Source: Ferruginibacter sp.
Lineage (GTDB): Bacteria; Bacteroidota; Bacteroidia; Chitinophagales; Chitinophagaceae
Direction of reading: 5' to 3'
Length of the DNA stretch: 42,379 nt
NCBI GenBank assembly: GCA_044339235.1
Contig: JBIIVV010000001.1
Location: 1 to 42,379 of the forward strand
Below are positions 20,455-29,812 of this stretch, in pieces. The notes under the pieces were generated by a model, which worked only from the letters and a program-made list of their open reading frames with translations, was not told the origin of the DNA and did no database searches. The position numbers and the translations under genes are program-made. Every line of letters starts with the position of its first letter. The stretch's first letter is position 1.

Positions 20455-21327
20455 TTGGCAGCAATTATCTATTACCTATCCTTACCTTTTATATATCTAC
20501 TATCCTTATTGCCATTCCGGTTACTCTACTTATTATCTGACTTAGTTTACCTGATATTGTTTTACATAATTGGCTACCGAAAAAAGGTGATTCTTGGTAA
20601 TTTAACAAACGCATTTCCAGAAAAAACGGCCGACGAAATCAATGTCATCCACAAGGAATTTTTTCGATATTTCTGTGACCTATTACTGGAAACATTTAAA
20701 ACCCTTACGATTAGCCGAAAAAAAATGCTAACCCATTGCAGTTTGGACCCTTCAGCGAAGCTCCTTTTTAAACAGCTGGCAGCGCAAAATAAAAGTATCA
20801 TCATTGTAATGGGGCACAAAGGCAATTGGGAATGGGGAGGCAATACATTCAGCCTATGCTGTAAACACCAGTTATATGTGATTTACCATCCCTTGGAAAA
20901 TAAATATTTTAACTCATTAATCTGCCGCATGCGGGAAAGGTTTGGCACTAAGCTCATCCCTATGAGAGAAACTTTCAGAGAAATGGCAAAAAATAGACCT
21001 TCTTTAACTGCTACTGCATTCATAGCTGATCAATCTCCTAATCCTGCAAAGGCGCATTGGATGAATTTTTTGAACCAGGATACTGCAGTGTTTACCGGTA
21101 CGGAGAAAATAGCACAAAAGCTGCAATACCCCATTGTTTTTGTATCTGTTAAAAGAGTAGCAAGGGGTTATTATACCTTATTAGCCGAATGCCTACAAAG
21201 CCCCCCCTATAGTAATAAAGAAGGGGAAATCACAGAAAAACACACCAAAAAGCTGGAAAAAGACATTGTTGAACAACCCGAAACCTGGCTTTGGACACAT
21301 AAAAGATGGAAACACCAGCGGATGTAA
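20455..21327 (+). CDS. Lipid A late acyltransferase, LpxL/HtrB family
   Basis: N-terminal TM anchor; 'YRKKVILGNLTNAFPE', 'MGHKGNWE' (H-X4-E), 'FIADQSP', 'WLWTHKRWK'. Confidence 0.92.
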   Translation: MAAIIYYLSLPFIYLLSLLPFRLLYLLSDLVYLILFYIIGYRKKVILGNLTNAFPEKTADEINVIHKEFFRYFCDLLLETFKTLTISRKKMLTHCSLDPSAKLLFKQLAAQNKSIIIVMGHKGNWEWGGNTFSLCCKHQLYVIYHPLENKYFNSLICRMRERFGTKLIPMRETFREMAKNRPSLTATAFIADQSPNPAKAHWMNFLNQDTAVFTGTEKIAQKLQYPIVFVSVKRVARGYYTLLAECLQSPPYSNKEGEITEKHTKKLEKDIVEQPETWLWTHKRWKHQRM

Positions 21328-21366
21328 ACACTAAATAAAGTAACTTGCAAACTAAAAAAACTAATA

Positions 21367-22344
21367 ATGCTCCTAGGGAAAGACCTAATATTAGCCACTA
21401 AACCTTTTGCAAAAGAAATAAGAGCCAGAAGTTGGTTTCACACGATTTCTACATTAACCCTATTGATTTTATCACTAGGAGGCACCCTATTGCTTCCGAT
21501 ACTAGCTTTGAAATTAGCATGCAGTATTTTTGCTGGTTTACTATTAATCAGGGTTTTCATCATTTATCATGATCACCAGCACCATTCCATTTTAACTAAT
21601 TCCCCAGCTGCAGAAGTAATCATGACCATTGTTGGAATTTACATGCTCTCTCCTACTAGCATCTGGAAGAGATCCCATGATCACCATCACAAGCACAACT
21701 CTAAATTATTCAGTGCAAGTATAGGATCCTATCCAATCGTTACTAGAAAAAAATACCAGGAGATGACAGGGGTTCAGAAATTTACCTATCTCGCCATACG
21801 CCACCCGCTTACAATTTTACTTGGCTATTTTTCTATGTTTATTCTTGGGATGTGTGTGCGGTCATTTGTAAGCAGCCCCCGCAAGCACTATGATTCACTC
21901 ATTGCATTGATATTGCATATTACAGTAGCTACAATGCTATTTATTTTTATGGGATGGCAGGCTTGGTTTTTTATGTTTTTTTTACCCTTTTTCATATCTT
22001 TAGGCATGGGGGCTTATTTATTTTACGCCCAACACAATTTTCCTGGGGTAGAGTTTTATGAAAATAAAAATTGGGTATATGAAAAGGCGGCACTTGAATC
22101 ATCCAGCTATATGAAAATGCATCCCATTATGGAGTGGTTTACTGGCAATATTGGGTACCATCATATTCATCACCTAAATTCAAAAATCCCTTTTTACCGT
22201 TTGCCCGAAGTAATGAAAAAGATTACCGAACTGCGAAACTGTAAAACCACTTCGCTTTCCCCAAAGTCGGTGAGCGAATGCTTCAAATTAAAAGTTTGGG
22301 ACCAAGAAACCAATCAAATGATTGGAGTAAGGGGCCTTTCCTAA
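21367..22344 (+). CDS. Membrane fatty acid (acyl-lipid) desaturase, similar to B. subtilis Des type
   Basis: Three His boxes 'FIIYHDHQH', 'WKRSHDHHH', 'TGNIGYHHIHH', plus 'LFYAQHNF' and 'IPFYRL'. Confidence 0.93.
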   Translation: MLLGKDLILATKPFAKEIRARSWFHTISTLTLLILSLGGTLLLPILALKLACSIFAGLLLIRVFIIYHDHQHHSILTNSPAAEVIMTIVGIYMLSPTSIWKRSHDHHHKHNSKLFSASIGSYPIVTRKKYQEMTGVQKFTYLAIRHPLTILLGYFSMFILGMCVRSFVSSPRKHYDSLIALILHITVATMLFIFMGWQAWFFMFFLPFFISLGMGAYLFYAQHNFPGVEFYENKNWVYEKAALESSSYMKMHPIMEWFTGNIGYHHIHHLNSKIPFYRLPEVMKKITELRNCKTTSLSPKSVSECFKLKVWDQETNQMIGVRGLS

Positions 22345-22414
22345 ATTGCTCCACATTTTTTTATTGCAAAAATCCTATGGCCGTAATAATTTTAACAACC
22401 ACTAAAAAGAAACG

Positions 22415-23446
22415 ATGGAATTTACTGCCACACAAATAGCTAGTCTTCTCAATGGTGTTATTGAAGGAGATGCCAATGTTACTATCACCAAATTATCAAA
22501 AATTGAGGAGGGGGTTCCAGGATCTATTTCTTTTTTATCCAACCCTCATTATACGCAATACATTTATGGCACCAATGCGTCTGTTGTAATCGTCAACCAT
22601 TCACTCGTACTAACGGGGCCTGTCAGCGCAACATTAATAAGGGTAGAAAATGCAGGAAGCGCTTTTGCCCAACTACTAGAAATGTACAACCAAGTAAAGT
22701 TGGATAAAAAAGGTATTTCAAAATTATCTTTTATCTCTGAGAGTGCTACAGTGGGAAACGATATCTATGCAGGTGAGTTTTCGTTTGTAGGCGAAAATGC
22801 AACCATTGGAAACAATGTTAAAATTTATCCTCAAGTCTATATTGGTGACAATGCAGTGATTGGAGACAACACTACCCTTTTTGCCGGAGTTAAAATTTAT
22901 TCTGAAACTCATATTGGAAAAAATTGCATCATCCATTCTGGCACAGTGATTGGAAGTGATGGATTTGGATTTAATCCCGAAAACAACCATAAGAAAGTAG
23001 CCCAGATCGGAAACGTAATCATTGAAGACGATGTAGAAATTGGTGCCAATTGTGCTATTGACAGAGCAACCCTTGGCTCAACTATTTTACGAAAAGGTGT
23101 AAAATTTGATAACCTCATCCATATTGCCCACAATGTAGAGGTTGGCGAAAATACTTATTTTGCTGCCGGCGGTGTGGTGGCAGGATCTACCAAAATTGGA
23201 AAAAACTGTATGTTTAGTGGGCAAGTAGGGATCGTAGGTCATTTAACCATTGCCGATAATACGATCATTAGCGCTCAATCTGGAATTTCAAAAAGTGTTA
23301 CCCATTCGGGTGAAGTTTATATGGGCTCCCCTGCATTTGAAGCCAGCAAGTACAGAAAATCATATGTCCATTTCCGCAATTTAGACTCCCTGGCACAAAG
23401 GGTCAATAAAATAGAAAAGCAACAAAACGACAATACTAAAAGCTGA
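22415..23446 (+). CDS. lpxD: UDP-3-O-(3-hydroxyacyl)glucosamine N-acyltransferase
   Basis: N-terminal uridine-binding domain 'ISFLSNPHY'; hexapeptide repeats; 'IGSDGFGF', '[11 protein letters not shown]', catalytic His in '[10 protein letters not shown]'. Confidence 0.95.
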   Translation: MEFTATQIASLLNGVIEGDANVTITKLSKIEEGVPGSISFLSNPHYTQYIYGTNASVVIVNHSLVLTGPVSATLIRVENAGSAFAQLLEMYNQVKLDKKGISKLSFISESATVGNDIYAGEFSFVGENATIGNNVKIYPQVYIGDNAVIGDNTTLFAGVKIYSETHIGKNCIIHSGTVIGSDGFGFNPENNHKKVAQIGNVIIEDDVEIGANCAIDRATLGSTILRKGVKFDNLIHIAHNVEVGENTYFAAGGVVAGSTKIGKNCMFSGQVGIVGHLTIADNTIISAQSGISKSVTHSGEVYMGSPAFEASKYRKSYVHFRNLDSLAQRVNKIEKQQNDNTKS

Positions 23447-23450
23447 ATTA

Positions 23451-23507
23451 CTGATGTCTGATGTATGATTTCTGATATCTGATTTTTTGATTTCTGATTT
23501 CTGATTT
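23451..23507. repeat. Heptamer tandem array, left arm (about 8 units, consensus CTGATKT)
   Basis: ctgatgt ctgatgt atgattt ctgatat ctgattt tttgattt ctgattt ctgattt, starting 4 nt after the lpxD stop. Confidence 0.9.
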
Positions 23508-23592
23508 TTTTTAGATTGAAAGATTCATGATTATCGAAATAGATACCCGATTAAATTTAGCATCCTTCAATTATACCCTTCTATACAGCCAA

Positions 23593-23728
23593 AAATCAGA
23601 CATCAAAAAATCATACATCAGACATCATACATCAGACATCATACATCAGACATCAGACATCAGACATCATACATCAGACATCAGACATCAGACATCATAC
23701 ATCAGACATCCAAAAATCCAACATCCTA
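23593..23728. repeat. Heptamer tandem array, right arm (CATCAKA; 13 perfect units at 23616-23706 plus degenerate flanks), reverse complement of the left arm
   Basis: Read directly: only CATCAGA and CATCATA units between 23616 and 23706. Confidence 0.95.
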
Positions 23729-23761
23729 CATTAGTAAAAATACATTCCATCCAAACTGCTC

Positions 23762-26700
23762 TTAGCTACACCCCATACTATTACCGCAATTCAAACATTT
23801 GTAGCAGGTTCCGCTCCGCATAGTAATATGTCCGCAGGTATTACAGGCTGGTGCATCACTTTGCATACTTTTAGCAGCGGCATTCACGGCATCCAATCCA
23901 TTGAACATCTCGGCAGCATTTAAATTATTCTTTACACTTTTTGCAGATTGCACATTGCCCGCAGGAGAGAAATTTCCAGTCACCCGAATTTCACTCAACT
24001 CCTGCACCCTATCGCCAATCGTAGGCGATGATTCATCCCAAGTTTCGTCGCCCAAGTTTTCTACTTCGGGTTTATCCAACACATGAACCAAATCATTTCT
24101 TCCTAGATACTCATAAGCCATCGACCTAAATATAAAATCAATGATCGAAGTGGTACTCTTGATATTCGGATGCTCCACCATTCCGGATGGTTCGAATCGG
24201 GTGAATACAAATTTTTCTACAAATTCTTCCAAAGGAACACCATATTGCAAACCAATGGAAATGGCAATAGCAAAACAGTTTAACATACTGCGAACAGTAG
24301 CCCCTTCTTTTGCCATATCAATAAAGATTTCCCCCACCGTGCCATCCCCATATTCGCCGGTACGTAGAAACAATGCCTGGCCGTTGATCTTTGCTTTTTG
24401 AGTAAACCCTCTTCGCTTGGCAGGTAATTTTTTACGTTCAACTATTTTTGCCAGTTTGCTTTTTAAAACGGTATCTGGACTATTTAACATGCGCTTACTT
24501 ACTTCATCCAATAATTCATCCACCGTCAACTTACTCATGTCAACTATATGTGGAGAATCATTTCCCTCTTCTGTTGCCACCAACTCTGAATTCCCTACTT
24601 CCCCTGTTTTTTTCTTTTTATCTGACTTATTACTCAAGGGCTGAGATAATTTTGATCCGTCCCGATAAAGTGCATTCGCTTTCAATCCCAGCTCCCAGCT
24701 CATGCGGTAGCAGTCTGCAATTTCAGCCTCTGTTGCTTCATTGGGAAGGTTAATCGTTTTACTGATCGCGCCACTTAAGAAAGGTTGCGCTGCACTCATC
24801 ATTCTGATATGACCATGTGCATGGATATACCGAACCCCTTTTTGCCCACACTTGTTTGCACAATCAAACACTGGCAAATGTTCCTCTTTTAAATAAGGAG
24901 CTCCTTCCACCGTCATAGTTCCGCACACATAAATATTTGCAGCATCAATTTCTTCTTCTGTAAATCCGAGCGCTTCTAATAAGCTCCAACTAAAATCAAA
25001 GTACTGTTCCGATTTGAAACCCAAACGTTGCAAAGTAGCTTCACCGAAAGTATATACATTGAATACAAAACCAATTTCAAAAGCACTACCCAAGGATGCT
25101 TCTACTTTTTTTAATTCATCCTTTGTAAATCCTCTTTCAAGTAAAGATTCGGTATTGATAAATGGTGCTCCTTTCAAAGTTGCATGCCCTTTAGCATAGT
25201 TCACTATTTCTTCCAACTCTTTTTCACTATACTTTAAATTACGAAGTGCAGCAGGTACACTTTGGTTAATGATTTTAAAATATCCTCCACCGCTTAATTT
25301 TTTAAACTTCACCAATGCGAAATCAGGTTCAACGCCGGTGGTATCACAATCCATCACCAGACCGATTGTTCCTGTAGGGGCTATCACGGTAGTTTGCGCA
25401 TTGCGATAACCATTTTTTTCGCCTAACTGCACCGCTTCATCCCAAGCCTTTATGGCGGCTGTCAATAAATAATCTGGACAATATTTTGCATTAATCCCCT
25501 GGGGTTTTATTTCAATTCCTTCAAATGCATCTTGTGCATCGTATGCTGCAGCACGGTGATTGCGCATTACCCGAAGCATATGAGTTTTATTTTCTTCATA
25601 TTTGGAAAATGTACCCAAAAATCCAGCCATCTCTGCAGAGGTTGTATAAGCAACTCCTGTCATGATTGCTGTAATGGCTCCGGCAATTGCCCTTGCTTCT
25701 TCACTGTCATAGGGTATGCCACTTACCATTAACATACTGCCTAGATTTGCATACCCAAGTCCCAATGTTCTGTAATCATAAGAAAGTTGCGCCACTTCCT
25801 TGGAAGGAAATTGTGCCATCAATACGGAGATTTCTAGTACTGCAGTCCACATTCGACAGGTATATTCAAAACCTTCCACATCAAAACTATTGTCACTTTC
25901 TTCGAAGAATCGGCGAAGGTTTACGGATGCTAAATTACAGGCAGTGTTATCCAAAAACATATACTCACTGCAGGGGTTAGACGCTCTTATCGGACCACCT
26001 TCCGGACAGGTATGCCACTCATTGATGGTGGTGTCATATTGGGTTCCAGGATCCGCACATTTCCAAGCAGCATGGGTAATTTGCCTCCACAATTCAGCAG
26101 CTTTAATTTTTTTCATTACACTCCCATCGCTTCGCGCTGTAAGTTCCCAATCACCTTGCTCATCCAATACCTTAAAAAAAGCATTGGGGATCCGAACAGA
26201 ATTATTACTGTTTTGGCCACTCACTGTTTTATACGCTTCCCCCTCATAATCACTGGAGTAACCAGCTGCTATCAAAGCCGCTACTTTATCTTCTTCCTCA
26301 ACTTTCCAATTTACAAATTTTTCAATTTCAGGATGATCCAAATCCAAACAAACCATTTTAGCAGCCCTACGGGTGGTGCCACCACTTTTGATTGCACCAG
26401 CTGCCCGATCCCCTATTTTAAGAAAACTCATCAGTCCACTGGAAGTTCCTCCACCACTTAATTTTTCACCCTCACCTCGAATGCTGCTATAGTTGGTACC
26501 CACCCCACTACCATATTTAAATATCCTTGCTTCCCGAACCCAAAGATCCATGATGCCCCCTTCGTTTACTAAATCATCCTTTACGCTTAAAATAAAACAA
26601 GCGTGCGGCTGTGGTCTTTCATAAGCAGAAGTAGATTTTTTTAATTGTCCGTCAGTCGCATCTACATAATAGTGGCCCTGAGGCTTTCCCTTTATGCCAT

Positions 26701-27139
26701 ACACTTCATGCAGACCGGTGTTAAACCATTGAGGGCTATTGGGAACACAAGCCTGGTTTAAAATTGAGTACACCAATTCATCATAAAATACCTGTGCGTC
26801 ATGCTTGGTGGAAAAATATTGATTGCGTTCACCCCATACCCTCCAGCAATGCGCCATCCGATGAGCCACTTGCTTAATGGTAGTTTCTCTGCCAAAGCTT
26901 CCATCTGGCTGAGGCACTCCAGCTTTACGGAAATATTTTTGAGCCAATATATCAGTGGCAATCTGACTCCACTGTTTGGGAACTTCCACATTGTCCATTT
27001 GGAACACTACTTCACCAGAAGGATTCTTAATAATCGAAGTGCGATAGTCGTACTCAAATAGATCATAAGGAGATACACCTTCTTTTGTAAATTGCCTGCG
27101 GAATTGCAGCCCTTGGGCTGCATTTTTATTAGTTGACAT
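23762..27139 (-). CDS. nrdJ: Adenosylcobalamin-dependent (class II) ribonucleotide reductase with C-terminal TSCPD and Zn-ribbon regions
   Basis: 'PNSPQWFNTG', 'PQPHACFI', 'KSGGTTRRAAKM', 'ASNPCSEY', 'NTACNLAS', 'IAPTGTI', 'ISKTINLP', C-terminal 'CNTCG...CYKCLNCG'. Confidence 0.96.
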   Translation of the reverse strand: MSTNKNAAQGLQFRRQFTKEGVSPYDLFEYDYRTSIIKNPSGEVVFQMDNVEVPKQWSQIATDILAQKYFRKAGVPQPDGSFGRETTIKQVAHRMAHCWRVWGERNQYFSTKHDAQVFYDELVYSILNQACVPNSPQWFNTGLHEVYGIKGKPQGHYYVDATDGQLKKSTSAYERPQPHACFILSVKDDLVNEGGIMDLWVREARIFKYGSGVGTNYSSIRGEGEKLSGGGTSSGLMSFLKIGDRAAGAIKSGGTTRRAAKMVCLDLDHPEIEKFVNWKVEEEDKVAALIAAGYSSDYEGEAYKTVSGQNSNNSVRIPNAFFKVLDEQGDWELTARSDGSVMKKIKAAELWRQITHAAWKCADPGTQYDTTINEWHTCPEGGPIRASNPCSEYMFLDNTACNLASVNLRRFFEESDNSFDVEGFEYTCRMWTAVLEISVLMAQFPSKEVAQLSYDYRTLGLGYANLGSMLMVSGIPYDSEEARAIAGAITAIMTGVAYTTSAEMAGFLGTFSKYEENKTHMLRVMRNHRAAAYDAQDAFEGIEIKPQGINAKYCPDYLLTAAIKAWDEAVQLGEKNGYRNAQTTVIAPTGTIGLVMDCDTTGVEPDFALVKFKKLSGGGYFKIINQSVPAALRNLKYSEKELEEIVNYAKGHATLKGAPFINTESLLERGFTKDELKKVEASLGSAFEIGFVFNVYTFGEATLQRLGFKSEQYFDFSWSLLEALGFTEEEIDAANIYVCGTMTVEGAPYLKEEHLPVFDCANKCGQKGVRYIHAHGHIRMMSAAQPFLSGAISKTINLPNEATEAEIADCYRMSWELGLKANALYRDGSKLSQPLSNKSDKKKKTGEVGNSELVATEEGNDSPHIVDMSKLTVDELLDEVSKRMLNSPDTVLKSKLAKIVERKKLPAKRRGFTQKAKINGQALFLRTGEYGDGTVGEIFIDMAKEGATVRSMLNCFAIAISIGLQYGVPLEEFVEKFVFTRFEPSGMVEHPNIKSTTSIIDFIFRSMAYEYLGRNDLVHVLDKPEVENLGDETWDESSPTIGDRVQELSEIRVTGNFSPAGNVQSAKSVKNNLNAAEMFNGLDAVNAAAKSMQSDAPACNTCGHITMRSGTCYKCLNCGNSMGCS

Positions 27140-27237
27140 ATTTTGAAACGGGTTAATGGGATTTGAAAAACTGGGGGATAATGGAATACGAATTTAAACT
27201 TTCTACGGCATAATTCCTTTTGCTAAATGTTAACAAC

Positions 27238-27246
27238 TGTGGATAA
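27238..27246 (-). promoter_or_regulatory. Perfect DnaA box (TTATCCACA) upstream of nrdJ
   Basis: Plus strand TGTGGATAA; about 100 nt upstream of the nrdJ ATG and about 40 nt upstream of a -7-like TAAATTCG (27189-27196). Confidence 0.65.
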
Positions 27247-27396
27247 TTTCCAAGACGCAATCTCACAGTGCATTTGCTAATTTGTTTAAAAAATAGCATC
27301 TCCTTTTCATCGTCGCATCAAGCTGGAAGAGGATGTTTTTGGCCCAATTAGTCTATTTTAGTAGGGTTGAATATCAAAGCTCGCTATCTTTATTAT

Positions 27397-27849
27397 ATGA
27401 GAGCTGTAATACAAAGAGTTACAAAAGCAGGGGTTTCAATCAATGGTGAACTATGGTCTGAAATAAATAATGGCCTGTTGGTTTTTATAGGTATCGAAGA
27501 CGCTGACAATGAAGATGATATCATCTGGTTGAGTAATAAAATTACACAGCTTCGCATTTTTGATGATGAAGACCATGTGCCAAATATTTCATTGAAAACT
27601 ATGAATGGTGATCTGTTATTAGTAAGTCAGTTTACATTGCAAGCTAGTACTAAAAAAGGAAACCGACCTTCGTACCTCCGTGCCAGCAAGGCGTCTGTTG
27701 CGATACCCATTTACGAAAAGCTGATTGCACAACTAGAACAAGACCTTGAAAAGAAAATATTTACCGGTAAGTTTGGCGCTGACATGAAAATAGCATTGGT
27801 AAATGATGGACCAGTAACCATTTTAATGGATACAAAAACAAAAGATTAA
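27397..27849 (+). CDS. dtd: D-aminoacyl-tRNA deacylase
   Basis: 'MRAVIQRV', 'LRIF', 'VSQFTL', 'KGNRPS', 'FGADM', 'NDGPVT'; real start ATG 27397. Confidence 0.97.
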   Translation: MRAVIQRVTKAGVSINGELWSEINNGLLVFIGIEDADNEDDIIWLSNKITQLRIFDDEDHVPNISLKTMNGDLLLVSQFTLQASTKKGNRPSYLRASKASVAIPIYEKLIAQLEQDLEKKIFTGKFGADMKIALVNDGPVTILMDTKTKD

Positions 27850-27887
27850 CTAAGATTGACTCCCAAGAATTTTAAAAAATAAACAGC

Positions 27888-28223
27888 ATGGAAATTACAG
27901 AAGCACAAAGTAAAGTAGATGAATGGATAAAGACGACTGGCGTTCGCTATTTTAGCGAAATGACCAACTTGGGAATTTTAATGGAAGAAGTGGGTGAATT
28001 ATCCAGATTGATGGTAAGAACCTATGGAGAACAGTCATTTAAAGAATCGGACCAAGGCAATAATTTGGGGGATGAGATGGCCGATGTGCTTTGGGTACTC
28101 ATTTGCCTTGCCAACCAAACCGGCGTTGATTTAACGGCCGCCTTGGAGAAAAATTTTGAGAAAAAAAACACAAGAGATGCCCAACGACACAAAGAGAATC
28201 CGAAATTACACCCCCCTAAATAA
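27888..28223 (+). CDS. MazG-like nucleotide pyrophosphohydrolase (YpjD-like)
   Basis: 'LMEEVGELSR', 'DEMADVLWVLICLANQTGVDL', 'RDAQRH'. Confidence 0.92.
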   Translation: MEITEAQSKVDEWIKTTGVRYFSEMTNLGILMEEVGELSRLMVRTYGEQSFKESDQGNNLGDEMADVLWVLICLANQTGVDLTAALEKNFEKKNTRDAQRHKENPKLHPPK

Positions 28224-28324
28224 ATAGAAGCACTGATTACAATTCGACCAATAGCAAAATAGACTTAGCCCACTATCGCTGAACAGTATTTCGGCAACCT
28301 GGTACAAAAACAATTTTACTACCT

Positions 28325-28332
28325 TAACTTTG
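28325..28332 (+). promoter_or_regulatory. -7 promoter element (TAACTTTG) for glyQS
   Basis: Exact TAnnTTTG 8 nt upstream of the ATG. Confidence 0.7.
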
Positions 28333-28340
28333 CGCCCATT

Positions 28341-29801
28341 ATGGCAAACGAATCAAATAATTTCCCAGAACTCATCTCCCATTGTAAAGAGTACGGTTAT
28401 ATTTTCCAATCCTCCGAAATCTATGATGGATTGGCAGCAGTATACGACTATGGCCAGATGGGTGCGCAACTAAAAAAGAATATCCGCGACTATTGGTGGA
28501 AAAGCATGACGCAACTCAATGACAACATTGTAGGAATTGATGCTTCCATCTTTATGCACCCCACCACCTGGAAAGCAAGCGGGCACGTAGATAATTTCAG
28601 CGATCCGATGATCGATAATAAAGACAGTAATAAAAGATACCGTGTTGACCACCTCATTGAAGGATTTGCAGACGAACAAAGAACTGCAGGAAATGAAAAG
28701 CTAGCCGATGAGATTTTGGCGGCTATGGACGCCTTGATTGTAGCAAGTGATTATGCTGGTCTGAAAAAACTAATCGAAGAAAATAAAATAAAATGCGCTA
28801 TCAGTAAAACCTGCAATTGGACTGATATCCGTGAGTTTAACCTGATGTTTAATACCCAAATTGGAAGTGTGGCAGGTGAAAGCGATACCATTTATCTTCG
28901 TCCTGAAACGGCACAGGGTATTTTTGTGAATTTTTTAAATGTGCAAAAAACCGGTCGAATGAAAATTCCTTTTGGCATTGCACAAACCGGCAAGGCTTTT
29001 AGAAATGAAATTGTTGCTCGACAGTTTATTTTCAGAATGCGGGAATTTGAACAGATGGAAATGCAATTTTTTGTTCGCCCAGGCACACAAATGGAATGGT
29101 ACAATTTTTGGAAAGAGGAAAGAAAAAAATGGCATGAGAGCCTAGGGATACCCGCCGAAAAATTACGCTTCCACGACCATATCAAACTGGCTCATTACGC
29201 AGATGCTGCATTAGATATTGAATTCGAATTCCCTTTTGGATGGAAAGAACTGGAAGGAATTCATAGTCGTACCGATTTTGATTTAACACAGCACCAAACC
29301 TTTAGCAAAAAAAAGATTCAGTATTTTGACAATGACCTTAATGAGGAAGGCAAACCTTTTGGCAACTACATACCATACGTAGTAGAAACCTCGGTCGGTC
29401 TGGATAGGTTGTTTTTGACCATCATCAGCCTGGCTTATGCCAACGAAAAATGGACAAAAGAAGATGGCACAGAAGATAGCCGCGTAGTGTTACGCATCCC
29501 TGCAAAAATTGCGCCTACCAAACTTGCCATTTTACCTTTGCTTAAAAAAGATGGTCTTCCTGAAATAGCACGTGAACTGATGAATGAATGCAAGGGAAGC
29601 TTTATGTGTTTTTACGAAGAGAAGGATGCTATCGGCAAACGCTACAGACGAATGGATGCAGTAGGAACACCATTTTGTGTAACCATCGATCACCAGACAA
29701 AAGAAGATAACACAGTCACCATTCGATACAGGGACACCATGGTTCAAGAGAGAATCGCATTGTCAGAGGTGAAAAAACTAGTAATGGAAAAGATCAGTTA
29801 A
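28341..29801 (+). CDS. glyQS: Glycine--tRNA ligase, single-chain (alpha2) type
   Basis: 'SSEIYDGL..VYDYG', 'YLRPETAQGIF', 'GKAFRNEI', 'FRMREFEQME', 'IGKRYRR'. Confidence 0.97.
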   Translation: MANESNNFPELISHCKEYGYIFQSSEIYDGLAAVYDYGQMGAQLKKNIRDYWWKSMTQLNDNIVGIDASIFMHPTTWKASGHVDNFSDPMIDNKDSNKRYRVDHLIEGFADEQRTAGNEKLADEILAAMDALIVASDYAGLKKLIEENKIKCAISKTCNWTDIREFNLMFNTQIGSVAGESDTIYLRPETAQGIFVNFLNVQKTGRMKIPFGIAQTGKAFRNEIVARQFIFRMREFEQMEMQFFVRPGTQMEWYNFWKEERKKWHESLGIPAEKLRFHDHIKLAHYADAALDIEFEFPFGWKELEGIHSRTDFDLTQHQTFSKKKIQYFDNDLNEEGKPFGNYIPYVVETSVGLDRLFLTIISLAYANEKWTKEDGTEDSRVVLRIPAKIAPTKLAILPLLKKDGLPEIARELMNECKGSFMCFYEEKDAIGKRYRRMDAVGTPFCVTIDHQTKEDNTVTIRYRDTMVQERIALSEVKKLVMEKIS

Positions 29802-29812
29802 TTTACCCGATC

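Noticed and set aside
3672-20457. Frequent TTG start codons (ruvC, DUF4271, hemW, rnc, lpxL-like)
   Set aside because: Not unusual for Bacteroidota, and there is no evidence of a shared regulatory role.
23451-23728. Possible CRISPR array
   Set aside because: Units are contiguous 7-mers with no unique spacers, and no cas genes are present.
23527-23823. 98-aa ORF with repeated 'SDIRHHT/SDIRHQT'
   Set aside because: A by-product of translating the heptamer array; it overlaps the nrdJ 3' end on the opposite strand. The short 'IIEID' resemblance to small endonucleases is too weak to call a pseudogene.
23901-27061. Many 60-150 aa ORFs within nrdJ, and similar ones within the gld, glyQS and nuo genes
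   Set aside because: Mostly antisense or off-frame shadows of conserved genes, with no independent coding signal.
27140-27396. Possible cobalamin riboswitch or NrdR box upstream of nrdJ
   Set aside because: No B12-box or conserved riboswitch core was seen and the leader is short; no NrdR-type palindrome; the imperfect hairpin near 27297-27335 is weak.
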